Part shown: in pieces, positions 1 to 10,375 of the stretch
How the letters are laid out: each line of letters begins with the position of its first letter
Position numbering within the stretch: the stretch's first letter is position 1
Source of the DNA: Candidatus Omnitrophota bacterium
GTDB taxonomy: Bacteria; Omnitrophota; Gorgyraeia; 2-02-FULL-51-18
NCBI GenBank assembly: GCA_945877765.1
Contig: CAMDWQ010000010.1
Span: 5,679 to 69,678 of the forward strand
Direction: 5' to 3'
DNA: 64,000 bases
The notes under the pieces: generated by a model
The model's input: the letters and a program-made list of their open reading frames with translations, nothing else
What the model was told of the DNA's origin: nothing
The model's database searches: none
Made by a program: the position numbers and the translations under genes

Positions 1-247
1 GAACATCAAGGAAGCTACCGCAGACGCTTCGATCAAAAAGGGCGAAGTCATTAAGGGTGTTGTTGTTCGAACTAAAAATAAGATTCGCCGCAGCGACGGG
101 ACGTCGCTTCGCTTTGATTCAAACGCATTGGTAATTATCGATGCTCAAATGAATCCTCGTGGAACTCGTATTTTTGGACCTGTTCCCCGCGAACTTCGCG
201 ACAAAGGATTCATGAAAATTATTTCATTGGCACCGGAGGTTATTTAA
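1..247 (+). CDS. rplN: 50S ribosomal protein L14 (5' truncated by window)
   Basis: Frame 2 reads ...[48 protein letters not shown]; lies before L24. Confidence 0.97.
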   Translation, partial: NIKEATADASIKKGEVIKGVVVRTKNKIRRSDGTSLRFDSNALVIIDAQMNPRGTRIFGPVPRELRDKGFMKIISLAPEVI

Positions 248-249
248 GC

Positions 250-567
250 ATGTCACTAGGAATTCGCAAGGGCGACAAAGTAAAGATCATAGCCGGCCGC
301 GACAAAGGAAAAACAGGGAAAGTGATTCATGTTTATCCTAAAAAAGGCAGGGCGTTGGTTGAAGGTATCAACATGGCAAAAAAACATGTACGGCGCAGTC
401 AGCAAAATCCGCAAGGCGGCGTGTTGAGCAAGGAAATCCCTATTCAATTATCTAACTTAAGTCTATTGGACTCTAGCACCAACAAAACAACCCGTATCCA
501 GACGCTCGTGGCCAAGGATGGATCCAAACAAAGAGTAGCGGCAAAAAGTAAGGCGGTATTCGCTTAA
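250..567 (+). CDS. rplX: 50S ribosomal protein L24
   Basis: IRKGDKVKIIAGRDKGKTGKV KOW motif; spc operon order. Confidence 0.97.
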   Translation: MSLGIRKGDKVKIIAGRDKGKTGKVIHVYPKKGRALVEGINMAKKHVRRSQQNPQGGVLSKEIPIQLSNLSLLDSSTNKTTRIQTLVAKDGSKQRVAAKSKAVFA

Positions 568-570
568 ACC

Positions 571-1167
571 ATGGAAAGAAAACTGACAACTCTTCAAAAA
601 ATGTACGAGAAGGAACTAGTTCCCCAGCTGGTTAAAAAATATGGGTATCAGAACGCGATGGAGGCTCCGCGCCTCAAAAAGATTGTTGTGAATATGGGTG
701 TGGGAAAAGGCGCCGAGGATATTAAAATTGTTGAACAGGCGCAGAATGAACTATCAAATATCACGGGTCAGCGCGCGGTGATTACTCGCGCCAAGAAAGC
801 AGTTTCGAATTTTAAAATTCGTGAAAAATCTCCCGTTGGCTGCCGCGTCACGCTCAGACGCCGCATGATGTATGAATTTTTGGAAAGATTGACTCGTGTC
901 GCACTTCCTCGTGTCCGTGATTTTCGCGGGTTGAATCCACGCGGCTTTGATGAAGCGGGAAACTTTACTTGCGGTATCCACGAGCAGAATATTTTTCCTG
1001 AAATTGAGAGCGATAAGGTCACACGTACTCAAGGAATGGACATTACCTTTGTGATTAACTCCAAGTCAAGAGAGGCCTCCTACGAACTCTTGGCTCTCTT
1101 GGGCGTGCCTTTTAGGCAGCGTGTAGAGAAACCAGTAACCCCTAAGCCTCAAGTAGTATCGGCTTAA
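571..1167 (+). CDS. rplE: 50S ribosomal protein L5
   Basis: [28 protein letters not shown] motifs. Confidence 0.98.
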   Translation: MERKLTTLQKMYEKELVPQLVKKYGYQNAMEAPRLKKIVVNMGVGKGAEDIKIVEQAQNELSNITGQRAVITRAKKAVSNFKIREKSPVGCRVTLRRRMMYEFLERLTRVALPRVRDFRGLNPRGFDEAGNFTCGIHEQNIFPEIESDKVTRTQGMDITFVINSKSREASYELLALLGVPFRQRVEKPVTPKPQVVSA

Positions 1168-1180
1168 AGCAGGAACAATC

Positions 1181-1366
1181 ATGGCCAAACTTTCTTTAAT
1201 TATCAAGCAGCAAAGGGCCCCCAAATTTAAGACACAGGCTTATAATCGGTGCCAGCAGTGCGGTAAGACGAGGGGATATTATCGTAAGTTTAAATTATGC
1301 AGGATCTGTCTTCGCGAATTAGCCTCCAAGGGAGACATTCCGGGAATGGTTAAAGCGAGCTGGTAG
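1181..1366 (+). CDS. rpsN: 30S ribosomal protein S14 (zinc-binding type Z)
   Basis: RCQQCG...[19 protein letters not shown]. Confidence 0.97.
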   Translation: MAKLSLIIKQQRAPKFKTQAYNRCQQCGKTRGYYRKFKLCRICLRELASKGDIPGMVKASW

Positions 1367-1429
1367 CAATAAAGAGAAAATATAAAAGATTAAAAATTAA
1401 AGATTAAAAAAGATAAAAGGGAAAAAAGT

Positions 1430-1828
1430 ATGTCGCTAAGTGATTCAATTGCAGATGGTTTGACGTGTATTCGAAACGCTAATCGCGTAAAAAAAGAGCG
1501 GGTAGACATCAAGGCCTCCAAAGCGCTTGTTGAGATCTTAAAAGTGATGCGCCAAGAGCGTTTCATCTATGATTATCGTTTGATTGACGATAAAAAACAG
1601 GGTATTTTACGTATTTATCTTCGCAAAGCCAGCGAGTCATTAAGAAAAATTAATAAGATAGTACGGGTTTCGCGCCCGGGCCTGCGTATTTATACGCAGA
1701 AAAGTGAAATACCAACCGTATTAAATGGTTTTGGAATTTGTATTCTGTCTACTCCCCAAGGCATTCTTTCTGGTGATGAGGCCCGAAAAAGAAATGTTGG
1801 CGGGGAAGTACTCGCAAAGGTCTGGTAG
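1430..1828 (+). CDS. rpsH: 30S ribosomal protein S8
   Basis: DSIADGLTCIRNA, SRPGLRIY, GGEVLAKVW. Confidence 0.97.
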   Translation: MSLSDSIADGLTCIRNANRVKKERVDIKASKALVEILKVMRQERFIYDYRLIDDKKQGILRIYLRKASESLRKINKIVRVSRPGLRIYTQKSEIPTVLNGFGICILSTPQGILSGDEARKRNVGGEVLAKVW

Positions 1829-1831
1829 ATT

Positions 1832-2371
1832 ATGTCAAGAGTCGGAAAAAAACCTATTGAGATACCAAAGGCAGTCAAGCTTTCTTTGGATCATGCAATG
1901 GTCAATGTGGAAGGCCCCAAGGGAAAACTTTCATTTCGTGTGAACTCACGAGTAAAAGCCTCTTCCAAAGAAGGCGTATTTACCGTACTTCCTTTTAGTG
2001 ACTCAAAAGTTGATCGTGCTCTTCAAGGGACTACACGTAGCTGTGTTTTTAATATGATTAAGGGTGTTACCGATGGATTTTCGAAAGAATTAACCATTGA
2101 GGGTGTCGGATTCAAAGCGGCAATTCAGGGCAAGTCTCTTAATTTGGCGCTTGGATTCACACACCCCGTTATATTTAACGTACCTGAAGGATTGACGGTT
2201 GAAACTCCAAAGCCCACAATTATTGTGGTCAAGGGTATTGATAAAGTGCTTGTCGGCCAATTCGCCGCCAAGATTCGTAAAGTATACGAAGCGGAACCTT
2301 ATAAGGGCAAAGGCGTACGCTATACAGGCGAAGTGGTTCGAAGAAAAGCCGGAAAGACGGTAACCAAATAA
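1832..2371 (+). CDS. rplF: 50S ribosomal protein L6
   Basis: MSRVGKKPI...EPYKGKGVRY. Confidence 0.98.
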   Translation: MSRVGKKPIEIPKAVKLSLDHAMVNVEGPKGKLSFRVNSRVKASSKEGVFTVLPFSDSKVDRALQGTTRSCVFNMIKGVTDGFSKELTIEGVGFKAAIQGKSLNLALGFTHPVIFNVPEGLTVETPKPTIIVVKGIDKVLVGQFAAKIRKVYEAEPYKGKGVRYTGEVVRRKAGKTVTK

Positions 2372-2745
2372 TGAGACCAAAGATTAGAGAGAATTCGAGC
2401 CGTATCATTCGCCATTACCGTTTGCGTAAAAAAGTAGTGGGAACACCAGAACGACCAAGGCTTTGTCTATCACCAAGCATCAAGCATCTTGAAGCTCAAG
2501 TCATCAATGACTATGATCAAAAAACTTTGTTTGGAATTTCTACCAAATCGGAAGAATTTCAGAAAAAGTCAGGGATTAAATGCACGGGCAATGTGAAGGC
2601 AGCCGAAGCATTTGGAAAATATTTTGCCGAGCAAGCGAAAGCTAAGGGCATCTTGAAGGTAGCCCTAGATCGCTCGGGATTTTTGTACCATGGTCGCGTG
2701 AAGGCATTTGCCGAAGCGGCCCGGGCTCAAGGTCTTTCGTTTTAA
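2371..2745 (+). CDS. rplR: 50S ribosomal protein L18
   Basis: [27 protein letters not shown]. Confidence 0.97.
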   Translation: MRPKIRENSSRIIRHYRLRKKVVGTPERPRLCLSPSIKHLEAQVINDYDQKTLFGISTKSEEFQKKSGIKCTGNVKAAEAFGKYFAEQAKAKGILKVALDRSGFLYHGRVKAFAEAARAQGLSF

Positions 2746-2768
2746 CAAACAACCAAAAGGACTCTTTC

Positions 2769-3380
2769 GTGGATAAAAAAGATTTTAAACCTAAAGGCAT
2801 GGGAAAAGCACCAGCTAATTCCGATGTTATCAATACACCGTTAAATCAGGCAGCTGTTAGCGCCGTCGCGGCTGAGGTTGTTGAGACGGTAAAAAAGAAA
2901 GACCGACGCCCCCGTCGTAATAGCCAACAAGAAACTCAATCTGAGTTTATGGAAAAGGTTGTGGCTGTAAACCGAGTTGCCAAGGTAGTAAAAGGTGGAA
3001 AAAGATTTTCTTTCTCAGCTTTGGTAGTGATGGGCGACATGAAAGGACGCGTTGGTTTTGGACTGGGCAAAGCCAATGAAGTTCAGGATGCCATCCGAAA
3101 GGGAATTTTTCAGGCAAAAAAAAGTATGTTTAATGTCCGCATCAAGGGAACGACAATTCCTCATGAAGTCATGGGGCATTTCGGGGCGGCTAGAGTTTTA
3201 ATGAAGCCGGCGATGCCTGGAACTGGCGTTATTTCTGGGGGTGCTGTTCGCGCGGTGTGCGAATCCGCTGGGATTAAAGATATTTTAACGAAGTCACTCG
3301 GGTCCGATAATGCTCTCAATGTCGTGAGAGCCACGGCCGATGGTTTGATGCAGTTAATGGAGAGTACGACCAATGCTTGA
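2769..3380 (+). CDS. rpsE: 30S ribosomal protein S5 (N-terminal extension)
   Basis: [35 protein letters not shown]. Confidence 0.97.
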   Translation: MDKKDFKPKGMGKAPANSDVINTPLNQAAVSAVAAEVVETVKKKDRRPRRNSQQETQSEFMEKVVAVNRVAKVVKGGKRFSFSALVVMGDMKGRVGFGLGKANEVQDAIRKGIFQAKKSMFNVRIKGTTIPHEVMGHFGAARVLMKPAMPGTGVISGGAVRAVCESAGIKDILTKSLGSDNALNVVRATADGLMQLMESTTNA

Positions 3381-3843
3381 TCAGCTAAAAAGACCCAAAG
3401 GGGCAAAAAAAAGACATAAAGTGGTGGGTCGCGGGCGCGGTTCAGGACATGGCAGAACCTCAGGACGCGGAAACAAAGGTCAAAACTCTCGTGCTTCAGG
3501 CGGAGTGCGTCCCGGATTCGAAGGTGGGCAGATGCCTCTTATACGTCGTATCCCCAAGCGCGGATTTACGTTTACGCCAAAAGCAAAATATGAAGTCGTT
3601 TCCTTGGAAAGTCTTTCAAAATTTAGTGCTGGTACTGAAATTACGCCCGAATTTTTGAAATCGGCTCGGTTGGTCAATCGCAAGGACCCCAAAGTTAAAA
3701 TTTTGGGAGACGGCATGCTCAAGCATGCATTGACGATTAAAGCGCACGCTTTTTCGAAATCCGCCCTTGAGAAAATTAAAAAATCCGGCGGCAAGGCCCA
3801 TATCATCGCAGCGGCCGGAAGTTCGGAACCCTCGGCGTCCTAA
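3373..3843 (+). CDS. rplO: 50S ribosomal protein L15
   Basis: [36 protein letters not shown]. Confidence 0.98.
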   Translation: MLDQLKRPKGAKKRHKVVGRGRGSGHGRTSGRGNKGQNSRASGGVRPGFEGGQMPLIRRIPKRGFTFTPKAKYEVVSLESLSKFSAGTEITPEFLKSARLVNRKDPKVKILGDGMLKHALTIKAHAFSKSALEKIKKSGGKAHIIAAAGSSEPSAS

Positions 3844-5210
3844 TGCTCCAGGCATTTGTCGATTCGTTTAAAATTCCGGATTTAAAAAAGAAAATATTAA
3901 TTACATTTGGTATTTTTATTGTCTACCGCCTTGGCACATTTATTCCGACACCCGGGATTGATGGAGCGAAGCTGGCGATTTTCTTTGATAATTTAACCAG
4001 GACCCAGGGCAACAATTTGTTTGGGGTCATGAATTTATTTTCGGGCGGAGCGATTCACCGTTTGACGATTTTTGCATTAGGGATCATGCCTTATATTTCA
4101 AGCTCCATTATCATGCAGCTTTTGACAGTCGTGATTCCTGCTCTTGAAAAAACCGCCAAAGAAGGTGAGATGGGCCGCCGTAAAATTAATCAGTACACTC
4201 GTTACGGCACGATCATTCTTTCAATTATCCAGTCATTTTTTATCGCGTTATGGCTAGAAAATCCAGCGCGTTTTGGCGGCCTTGAGATCGTTCAGTTTCC
4301 TGGCTGGTCGTTTCGTCTGCTAACGGTATTAACGTTGACCACTGGTTCAGCATTTATTATGTGGCTGGGTGAGCAGATTCAGGAAAAGGGTATCGGCAAC
4401 GGGATGTCTCTTTTGATTACCGTGGGTATTTTGTCGAGGGTCCCAACGGCTGCTTTTCAGATGATTGAGCTGATGAAGCCGGGACATGCGGCTGCAAGCG
4501 GTGCGGGCCAGGTGGATGCGATTAAAATTATTTTTATGCTGGGTATTATGGTTGCCTCCATCATGGCGGTAGTGCTTTTGACTCAGGGCGAACGAAAGAT
4601 TCCCGTTCAATACGCCAAGCGCGTGGTGGGGCGTAAGGTGTTTGGTGGACAGTCCACTTTTATTCCTTTTAAGGTCAATAACGGTGGCGTCATGCCGATT
4701 ATTTTTGCGCAGTCTATTATTTTATTTCCAGCAACAATCGGTGTATTTGTGCCGAACCAATTTATTCAGCAGGCAGCATCAGCTCTTTCGCACGGGCATG
4801 TTGGGTACCAGTTATCCATCATGTTTTTGATTGTATTTTTTAGCTATTTCTATACGGCTATTGCCTTTAATCCAGTGGATGTGGCCGAGAATATGAAGAA
4901 ATACGGAGGCTTTATTCCTGGGGTGCGTCCGGGGACGCCAACAGTAGAATACTTTGACTACATCATTAATCGCATCACATTACCGGGCGGAATTTTTTTA
5001 GCAATCGTTGCAGTGACGCCTGATTTTCTAAGTTATGCTCTGCGTATTCCACCTCAAATTGCGGATTTCTTTGGCGGCACTGCGCTTCTGATTGTCGTGG
5101 GCGTCAGTCTTGATACGATTAAGCAAATTGAGTCGCAGCTCATTATGAGACACTATGAAGGATTTATGAAGCACGGCCGCATCAAAGGTAGACAGCGGGC
5201 GGCTTATTAA
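3843..5210 (+). CDS. secY: Preprotein translocase subunit SecY
   Basis: IFALGIMPYISSSII, GIGNGMSLLI, GGFIPGVRPG; multiple TM segments. Confidence 0.98.
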   Translation: MLQAFVDSFKIPDLKKKILITFGIFIVYRLGTFIPTPGIDGAKLAIFFDNLTRTQGNNLFGVMNLFSGGAIHRLTIFALGIMPYISSSIIMQLLTVVIPALEKTAKEGEMGRRKINQYTRYGTIILSIIQSFFIALWLENPARFGGLEIVQFPGWSFRLLTVLTLTTGSAFIMWLGEQIQEKGIGNGMSLLITVGILSRVPTAAFQMIELMKPGHAAASGAGQVDAIKIIFMLGIMVASIMAVVLLTQGERKIPVQYAKRVVGRKVFGGQSTFIPFKVNNGGVMPIIFAQSIILFPATIGVFVPNQFIQQAASALSHGHVGYQLSIMFLIVFFSYFYTAIAFNPVDVAENMKKYGGFIPGVRPGTPTVEYFDYIINRITLPGGIFLAIVAVTPDFLSYALRIPPQIADFFGGTALLIVVGVSLDTIKQIESQLIMRHYEGFMKHGRIKGRQRAAY

Positions 5211-5228
5211 TAATTTAAGGAAGACTGT

Positions 5229-5909
5229 ATGAGGCTTGTTCTTCTAGGCCCTCCGGGCGCAGGCAAAGGAACGCAAGCGCAGGTTCTTTCTAAGGATTTA
5301 AATATTCCGCATATCTCAACGGGGGATATGCTCAGAGAAGCATTGCGAGCAGCTTCTCCTCTAGGGTTGAAGGCTAAAGGGTATATGGATCAGGGGGCTT
5401 TGGTACCCGATGACCTGGTGATTGAGCTTGTCAGGGAAAGGCTCTCGAAGCCGGACGCTGCTAAAGGATTTATTTTAGATGGTTTTCCGCGAACAGCAGA
5501 GCAGGGTGAGAGCCTCGGGAAAATGCTTGCAGGCTTAAGCATGCCTCTGGATGTCACGCTTTATTTTAAAACAAGCATGCTTGTCATTATTCGCCGCTTA
5601 GGTGGGCGTAGAATTTGCAGTAAGTGTGGTAAGACATACCACATGACCAATTTTCGACCGAAGGTTGATGGGGTTTGTGATGTTTGCCAGGGAAGCCTGA
5701 TGCAAAGACCCGATGACCGCGAAGAAGCGATTGAAAATCGCCTTGTAGTTTACGAGAAACAAACAGCACCGCTCATTGATTATTATAAAAAGAAAAATCT
5801 TCTTGAGGAGATTTCAGGCGACCTGGAAGTGGACGACCTGAACATCGCTCTAGAAATTATCTTTAAGAAAAGAAACCTTGTCGGGAATAGAATACAAAAC
5901 GCCGGCTGA
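5229..5909 (+). CDS. adk: Adenylate kinase
   Basis: GPPGAGKGTQA P-loop, LDGFPRT, zinc lid CxxC..CxxC. Confidence 0.98.
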   Translation: MRLVLLGPPGAGKGTQAQVLSKDLNIPHISTGDMLREALRAASPLGLKAKGYMDQGALVPDDLVIELVRERLSKPDAAKGFILDGFPRTAEQGESLGKMLAGLSMPLDVTLYFKTSMLVIIRRLGGRRICSKCGKTYHMTNFRPKVDGVCDVCQGSLMQRPDDREEAIENRLVVYEKQTAPLIDYYKKKNLLEEISGDLEVDDLNIALEIIFKKRNLVGNRIQNAG

Positions 5910-6627
5910 GTTGTCCAAGATGCGTCAAGCAGGGCGCATTGTTTCTGAGCTATTAAAGCTCATGGAAAAAGAAGCCAAGCCTGGGGTAAAGACAATCACC
6001 TTGGACAAAATTGCGGAAGATTTTATCCGCTCTCAAGGCGCGCTGCCAGCGTTTAAGGGGTATTACGGCTTTCCGGCATCCATTTGCGCCTCAGTGAATG
6101 AAGAGGTTGTTCATGGAATACCGGGCCAAAAAATATTAAAAGATGGCGATGTCATTGGTATTGATGTCGGCGTTAAGCTTGATGGTTATTTTTCAGATGC
6201 AGCGCGAACATTTGGTATTGGAGTGGTGGATGCCGAAAGTCGCAAGCTCATGGAAGTAACACGAGCGGCTATGAATGAAGGAATAAGGCAAGCGGTGATT
6301 GGAAATCACGTATCTGATATTTCATGGGCCGTCCAGTCTTATGCCGAAAAAAATGGCCTCTCCGTGGTGCGTCAGTATGTAGGACACGGGATCGGCAGGA
6401 ATCTTCACGAAGATCCTCAGGTGCCCAATTTTGGAAAACCGCACCAGGGACCGAAACTCGTGGAGGGGATGGCGCTGGCGATTGAGCCGATGCTAAATTT
6501 GGGCACGGCTGATGTTGAAGTATTGAAGGATGGGTGGACGGTAGTCACCAAGGACGGCAAACGCTCAGGTCATTTTGAGCAAACAATTTTTGTAGGAAAG
6601 AATCAAGCCGAAGTAGTAACGGCATAA
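5878..6627 (+). CDS. map: Methionine aminopeptidase type I
   Basis: SVNEEVVHGIP, GHGIG..LHEDP, AIEPM. Confidence 0.97.
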   Translation: MSGIEYKTPAELSKMRQAGRIVSELLKLMEKEAKPGVKTITLDKIAEDFIRSQGALPAFKGYYGFPASICASVNEEVVHGIPGQKILKDGDVIGIDVGVKLDGYFSDAARTFGIGVVDAESRKLMEVTRAAMNEGIRQAVIGNHVSDISWAVQSYAEKNGLSVVRQYVGHGIGRNLHEDPQVPNFGKPHQGPKLVEGMALAIEPMLNLGTADVEVLKDGWTVVTKDGKRSGHFEQTIFVGKNQAEVVTA

Positions 6628-6648
6628 CAGGTTTAGGGAGATTTAGGG

Positions 6649-6867
6649 ATGGCTAAAGAAGAAGCGATACAAGTCGAAGGAACCGTGAAGGAGTCGCTTC
6701 CCAATGCCATGTTTCGCGTAGAGCTTGAAAATCAACACTTGGTTTTAGCGCATGTGTCGGGTAAGATGCGTATGAATTTCATTCGTATACTTCCCGGGGA
6801 CAAGGTGATGTTGGAGTTATCACCGTATGATTTGACGCGCGGGCGTATTATTTACCGCGTGAAATGA
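6649..6867 (+). CDS. infA: Translation initiation factor IF-1
   Basis: [12 protein letters not shown]...[10 protein letters not shown]. Confidence 0.98.
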   Translation: MAKEEAIQVEGTVKESLPNAMFRVELENQHLVLAHVSGKMRMNFIRILPGDKVMLELSPYDLTRGRIIYRVK

Positions 6868-6876
6868 CAGCGTAGC

Positions 6877-6943
6877 TGTCATCCCCGAAGTGTTTGATCG
6901 GGGATCGTAATTAAGCTTGATTCCCGCTTTCGCGGGAATGACA
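6877..6943. repeat. Family-1 palindromic doublet (CGTC/TGTC-type REP-like)
   Basis: tgtcatccccgaag..tcggggatc / gattcccgctttcgcgggaatgaca; right arm contains ATTCCC-N8-GGGAAT. Confidence 0.9.
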
Positions 6944-6957
6944 TTTGGAGAATCAAA

Positions 6958-7071
6958 ATGAAAGTAAGAGCGAGCGTTAAGAAAATTTGTGAACACTGCA
7001 AAATTGTGCGGCGCAAGAGGGTTGTGCGCGTGATTTGCTCTAATCCCAAACACAAACAAAGACAAGGATAA
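6958..7071 (+). CDS. rpmJ: 50S ribosomal protein L36 (not in ORF track)
   Basis: Translated by hand: [37 protein letters not shown]. Confidence 0.98.
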   Translation: MKVRASVKKICEHCKIVRRKRVVRVICSNPKHKQRQG

Positions 7072-7079
7072 TTACCGAT

Positions 7080-7496
7080 ATGCCGAGAATTGCCGGGGTC
7101 GATCTCCCAAAGGAAAAAAAGATTTATGTCTCTTTAAGTTATATTTACGGAATCGGCCGTCATAATTCGCTGGATATTTTAAAACAAGCGAGAATTAATC
7201 CGGATGTACGCGCTAAAAATCTTACCGATGAGGAAGCCTCCAGGATTGCAGCCATCATCCAAAAGGATTACAAAGTCGAAGGAAATTTGCGACGCGATTT
7301 AGCCTTGAATATCAAGCGTTTGATGGATATTCAATCCTATCGTGGAAGCCGTCACAAAAGAAGTCTACCCGTACGCGGTCAGAGAACACGTACGAATGCC
7401 AGAACGCGTAAGGGACCAAAGAAGACGATCGGCGCTCAGAGGAAAAAAGAAACGGCACCCGCCGCCAAACCCGCAGCTGCGTCGAAAGCTAAATAG
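7080..7496 (+). CDS. rpsM: 30S ribosomal protein S13
   Basis: [27 protein letters not shown]. Confidence 0.98.
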   Translation: MPRIAGVDLPKEKKIYVSLSYIYGIGRHNSLDILKQARINPDVRAKNLTDEEASRIAAIIQKDYKVEGNLRRDLALNIKRLMDIQSYRGSRHKRSLPVRGQRTRTNARTRKGPKKTIGAQRKKETAPAAKPAAASKAK

Positions 7497-7511
7497 GAGG
7501 AAGTAAAGTAA

Positions 7512-7904
7512 GTGGCGAAAGCAAAAAAGTTTAAATCCAGAAAAAAAGTAGTAAGGAACGTCACTGAAGGTGTGGCTCACATCTTAGCAACGTTTAATAA
7601 TACACAGGTCACGATCACCGATCGTACAGGCAATGTGGTGTCTTGGGCAAGCTGTGGGTCATCGGGATTTTCAGGATCAAAGAAATCAACGCCCTTTGCG
7701 GCGCAGGTTGCTGCCGAACAGGCGGCTAAGAAATCTTTGGAGCATGGGATGAAAACCGTTGAAGTTTATGTCAAGGGTCCTGGCTCTGGAAGAGAATCTG
7801 CGATTCGCGCTTTGCAGGCCGCGGGTCTTTCAATTAGTTTGATTAAGGATGTGACGCCTATTCCGCACAACGGATGCCGTCCTCCCAAGAGAAGGAGAGT
7901 CTGA
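7512..7904 (+). CDS. rpsK: 30S ribosomal protein S11
   Basis: [27 protein letters not shown]. Confidence 0.98.
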   Translation: MAKAKKFKSRKKVVRNVTEGVAHILATFNNTQVTITDRTGNVVSWASCGSSGFSGSKKSTPFAAQVAAEQAAKKSLEHGMKTVEVYVKGPGSGRESAIRALQAAGLSISLIKDVTPIPHNGCRPPKRRRV

Positions 7905-7905
7905 T

Positions 7906-8529
7906 ATGGGCCGCTATACTGGTCCCGCGTGGCGTTTGAGCCGTCGGGAAAAAATAGATCTTTTCCCACGGAGCTCTTTGGGTTCCAAGTCGAAGTTTCA
8001 GGAGCGCAGCGATGTGCCCCCGGGCATGCATGGACTCAACCGGCAGAAGCTTTCCAACTATGGCTTGCAGCTGCGTGAGAAGCAAAAAGTAAAACGCATT
8101 TATGGTGTTTACGAAAAACAGTTTCGTAATTACTACGAGAAGGCAGCCAAATCTAAAGGCGTGACCGGTGTGACGCTTTTAGTGCTTTTGGAGCGTCGTC
8201 TGGACAATGTGATTTACCGTATGGGCATTGTCAATTCTCGCCGCCAATCTCGTCAGGCGGTAAGCCACGGTCATGTGCAGGTGAATGGCCGTAAAACGGA
8301 TGTGCCCTCTTTTCAAGTTGGCATCAATGATGTGATTACTATTCACACGGGCGACAAGATGAAGGAAACATTCAAAAAAGCTTTTGAGCAACACCGGGAT
8401 ACCGATGCTACTAATTGGCTGACAGTGGATATTGAAAATTTTAAGGCCACCGTCAAAAAGCTTCCCGAAAGAACCGATGTGCACATGCCAATTCAGGAAC
8501 AGCTAATCGTCGAACTTTATTCTAAATAA
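7906..8529 (+). CDS. rpsD: 30S ribosomal protein S4
   Basis: YGLQLREKQK, LERRLDNVIYRMG, QLIVELYSK. Confidence 0.98.
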   Translation: MGRYTGPAWRLSRREKIDLFPRSSLGSKSKFQERSDVPPGMHGLNRQKLSNYGLQLREKQKVKRIYGVYEKQFRNYYEKAAKSKGVTGVTLLVLLERRLDNVIYRMGIVNSRRQSRQAVSHGHVQVNGRKTDVPSFQVGINDVITIHTGDKMKETFKKAFEQHRDTDATNWLTVDIENFKATVKKLPERTDVHMPIQEQLIVELYSK

Positions 8530-8604
8530 GAGCAAGGCGTCCGATACTGCGGCGGGACGAATGCGTCGCCGCGGAAATGAGCAATCTTTTAAAGGAGAAA
8601 TATC

Positions 8605-9609
8605 ATGGGGATAGCGTTAAGATCGTTTGAAATACCCAAAAAACTCGAATGCGATGAAGAATCGCTGACAAATTTTTACGGCAAGTTTTTGGCCGAACCG
8701 TTTGAACGGGGCTACGGAGTCACGATTGGAAATTCCTTGCGGCGTGTTTTGTTGTCATCGCTGGAAGGCTCTGCTGTCGTTACTATCAAAATCGAAGGCG
8801 TTTCGCACGAATTTGGAACGCTTCCTGGTGTGGTGGAGGATGTTACAGAGATCATTTTGAACATCAAGAATCTTGTGCTGCGCTCTCATACGCGCTCACC
8901 CAAGACTCTGCGTATCGAAGTGAACGAAAAAGGCGCTGTTACCGCCAAAGACATCATCACCGACGATACGATTGAGGTTGTAAACCCCGAACTTCATATT
9001 GCAACACTAACCAAGAACGTCCCTTTTCGCATGGAACTTGAAGTCCAGAAGGGCCGTGGTTATGTTCCTGCAGACCGCAATAAAAAAGAGGGTCAACCGA
9101 TCGGAGTCATCGCCATTGATTCGATATTTACTCCGGTAAAGCGCGTTAATTTCCATGTGGAAGATACGCGCGTTGGACAAATGACGGATTATGACAAATT
9201 GATCATGGAAGTCTGGACCAACGGAAGCATCAGCCCTAAAGATGCGATGCTTTTTGCCTCCAATATTTTCCAGAGACATTTGGATGTGTTTGTTAATTTC
9301 GGTAAGCTTCCGGAAGAAGAGACGGCAGCCGATATAACCGATGACAAAGAAAGAGATTTTTATAAGAGACTTGGGCAGCCTGTTTCAGAGCTCGAGCTGT
9401 CGGTGAGAAGCGCTAATTGTTTGCGCGAGGCCAACATTAAGACGATCGGGGATCTTGTATTCAAGAGCGAGATGGAAATGCTTAAATACCGGAATTTTGG
9501 CAAGAAATCTCTCACTGAAATTACCAATATCCTTAAAGAGATGGGTCTTGGATTTGGTGTAAGTTTGGACGCAGATAAGTTGAAGCAATACACCGGAGAG
9601 TCGCAATAA
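8605..9609 (+). CDS. rpoA: RNA polymerase alpha subunit
   Basis: EPFERGYGVTIGNSLRRVLLSS, ELELSVRSANCL, NFGKKSL. Confidence 0.98.
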   Translation: MGIALRSFEIPKKLECDEESLTNFYGKFLAEPFERGYGVTIGNSLRRVLLSSLEGSAVVTIKIEGVSHEFGTLPGVVEDVTEIILNIKNLVLRSHTRSPKTLRIEVNEKGAVTAKDIITDDTIEVVNPELHIATLTKNVPFRMELEVQKGRGYVPADRNKKEGQPIGVIAIDSIFTPVKRVNFHVEDTRVGQMTDYDKLIMEVWTNGSISPKDAMLFASNIFQRHLDVFVNFGKLPEEETAADITDDKERDFYKRLGQPVSELELSVRSANCLREANIKTIGDLVFKSEMEMLKYRNFGKKSLTEITNILKEMGLGFGVSLDADKLKQYTGESQ

Positions 9610-10181
9610 TGAGACACAATCGCCGCAGCAAACGTTTCGGCCGCAGCTTGGCTGAGAGACGCGCGATGCTGGAGAACATGGTCACGAGTCTAATTTCCCA
9701 TCAGCAGATCACGACGACGCTGGCGAAGGCTAAGGAAGCGAAGCGCCTGGCAGACCGAGTGATTCACTTGGGAAAGACGGATTCGTTGGCTGCTCGCCGG
9801 CGTGTTTTTGCGTACCTTCAGGACCACACGCTAACGTCGAAAATTTTTACCGAAGTAGCGCCTCGTTTTAAGAGCCGTGAGGGAGGGTATACTCGAATTC
9901 TGCAACTTTCCCGCCGTAAAGGGGATGGGGCACAATTAGCTCTTTTGGAGCTCACGGAAAAAGAAATTAAAGTTAAGACCGTGGTGAAAAAGAAAAAGAA
10001 AGAGGATGTTTCTCAAGAGCATGACCATTCAAAACATGATCATGACCATGAACACGGTCACGACCATGAGGGGAAAGCGAAGGCGAAGCCTGACGCTGCC
10101 CCCACGAAGGGGAAAGGCTCTCAAAAGTCCGGCTTCTTAAAAAACATTGGTACGTTTTTTAGAAAGCAGGGAGGGAACTAA
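9609..10181 (+). CDS. rplQ: 50S ribosomal protein L17 with His-rich C-terminal extension
   Basis: MRHN..., ITTTLAKAKE, GGYTRIL..RKGDGA; tail HDHSKHDHDHEHGHDHE. Confidence 0.97.
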   Translation: MRHNRRSKRFGRSLAERRAMLENMVTSLISHQQITTTLAKAKEAKRLADRVIHLGKTDSLAARRRVFAYLQDHTLTSKIFTEVAPRFKSREGGYTRILQLSRRKGDGAQLALLELTEKEIKVKTVVKKKKKEDVSQEHDHSKHDHDHEHGHDHEGKAKAKPDAAPTKGKGSQKSGFLKNIGTFFRKQGGN

Positions 10182-10200
10182 GAAACTATATCGTGTCATG

Positions 10201-10261
10201 TGTCATCCCCGAGATCTTTAATCGGGGATCAAGTATGATTCCCGCTTTTGCGGGAATGACA
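10201..10261. repeat. Family-1 palindromic doublet
   Basis: tgtcatccccgagatctttaatcggggatc-aagtat-gattcccgcttttgcgggaatgaca. Confidence 0.9.
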
Positions 10262-10270
10262 ATGGAAGAG

Positions 10271-10305
10271 AGCCTCTTTTGTTTAAGCGCAAAAGAGGCT
10301 TTTTT
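10271..10305 (+). terminator. Intrinsic terminator of the ribosomal protein operon
   Basis: agcctcttttg-tttaagcg-caaaagaggct followed by a T-run. Confidence 0.75.
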
Positions 10306-10375
10306 GCTATAATATTTTCTGGTTTTTCGAGCCGGAGGCGGGTCCCTCTTTGGCGGATAATCACACAAATACCTT

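Noticed and set aside
8540-8575. GC-rich hairpin between rpsD and rpoA as an ncRNA
   Set aside because: A single short hairpin with no U-tract or recognisable family; not enough evidence.
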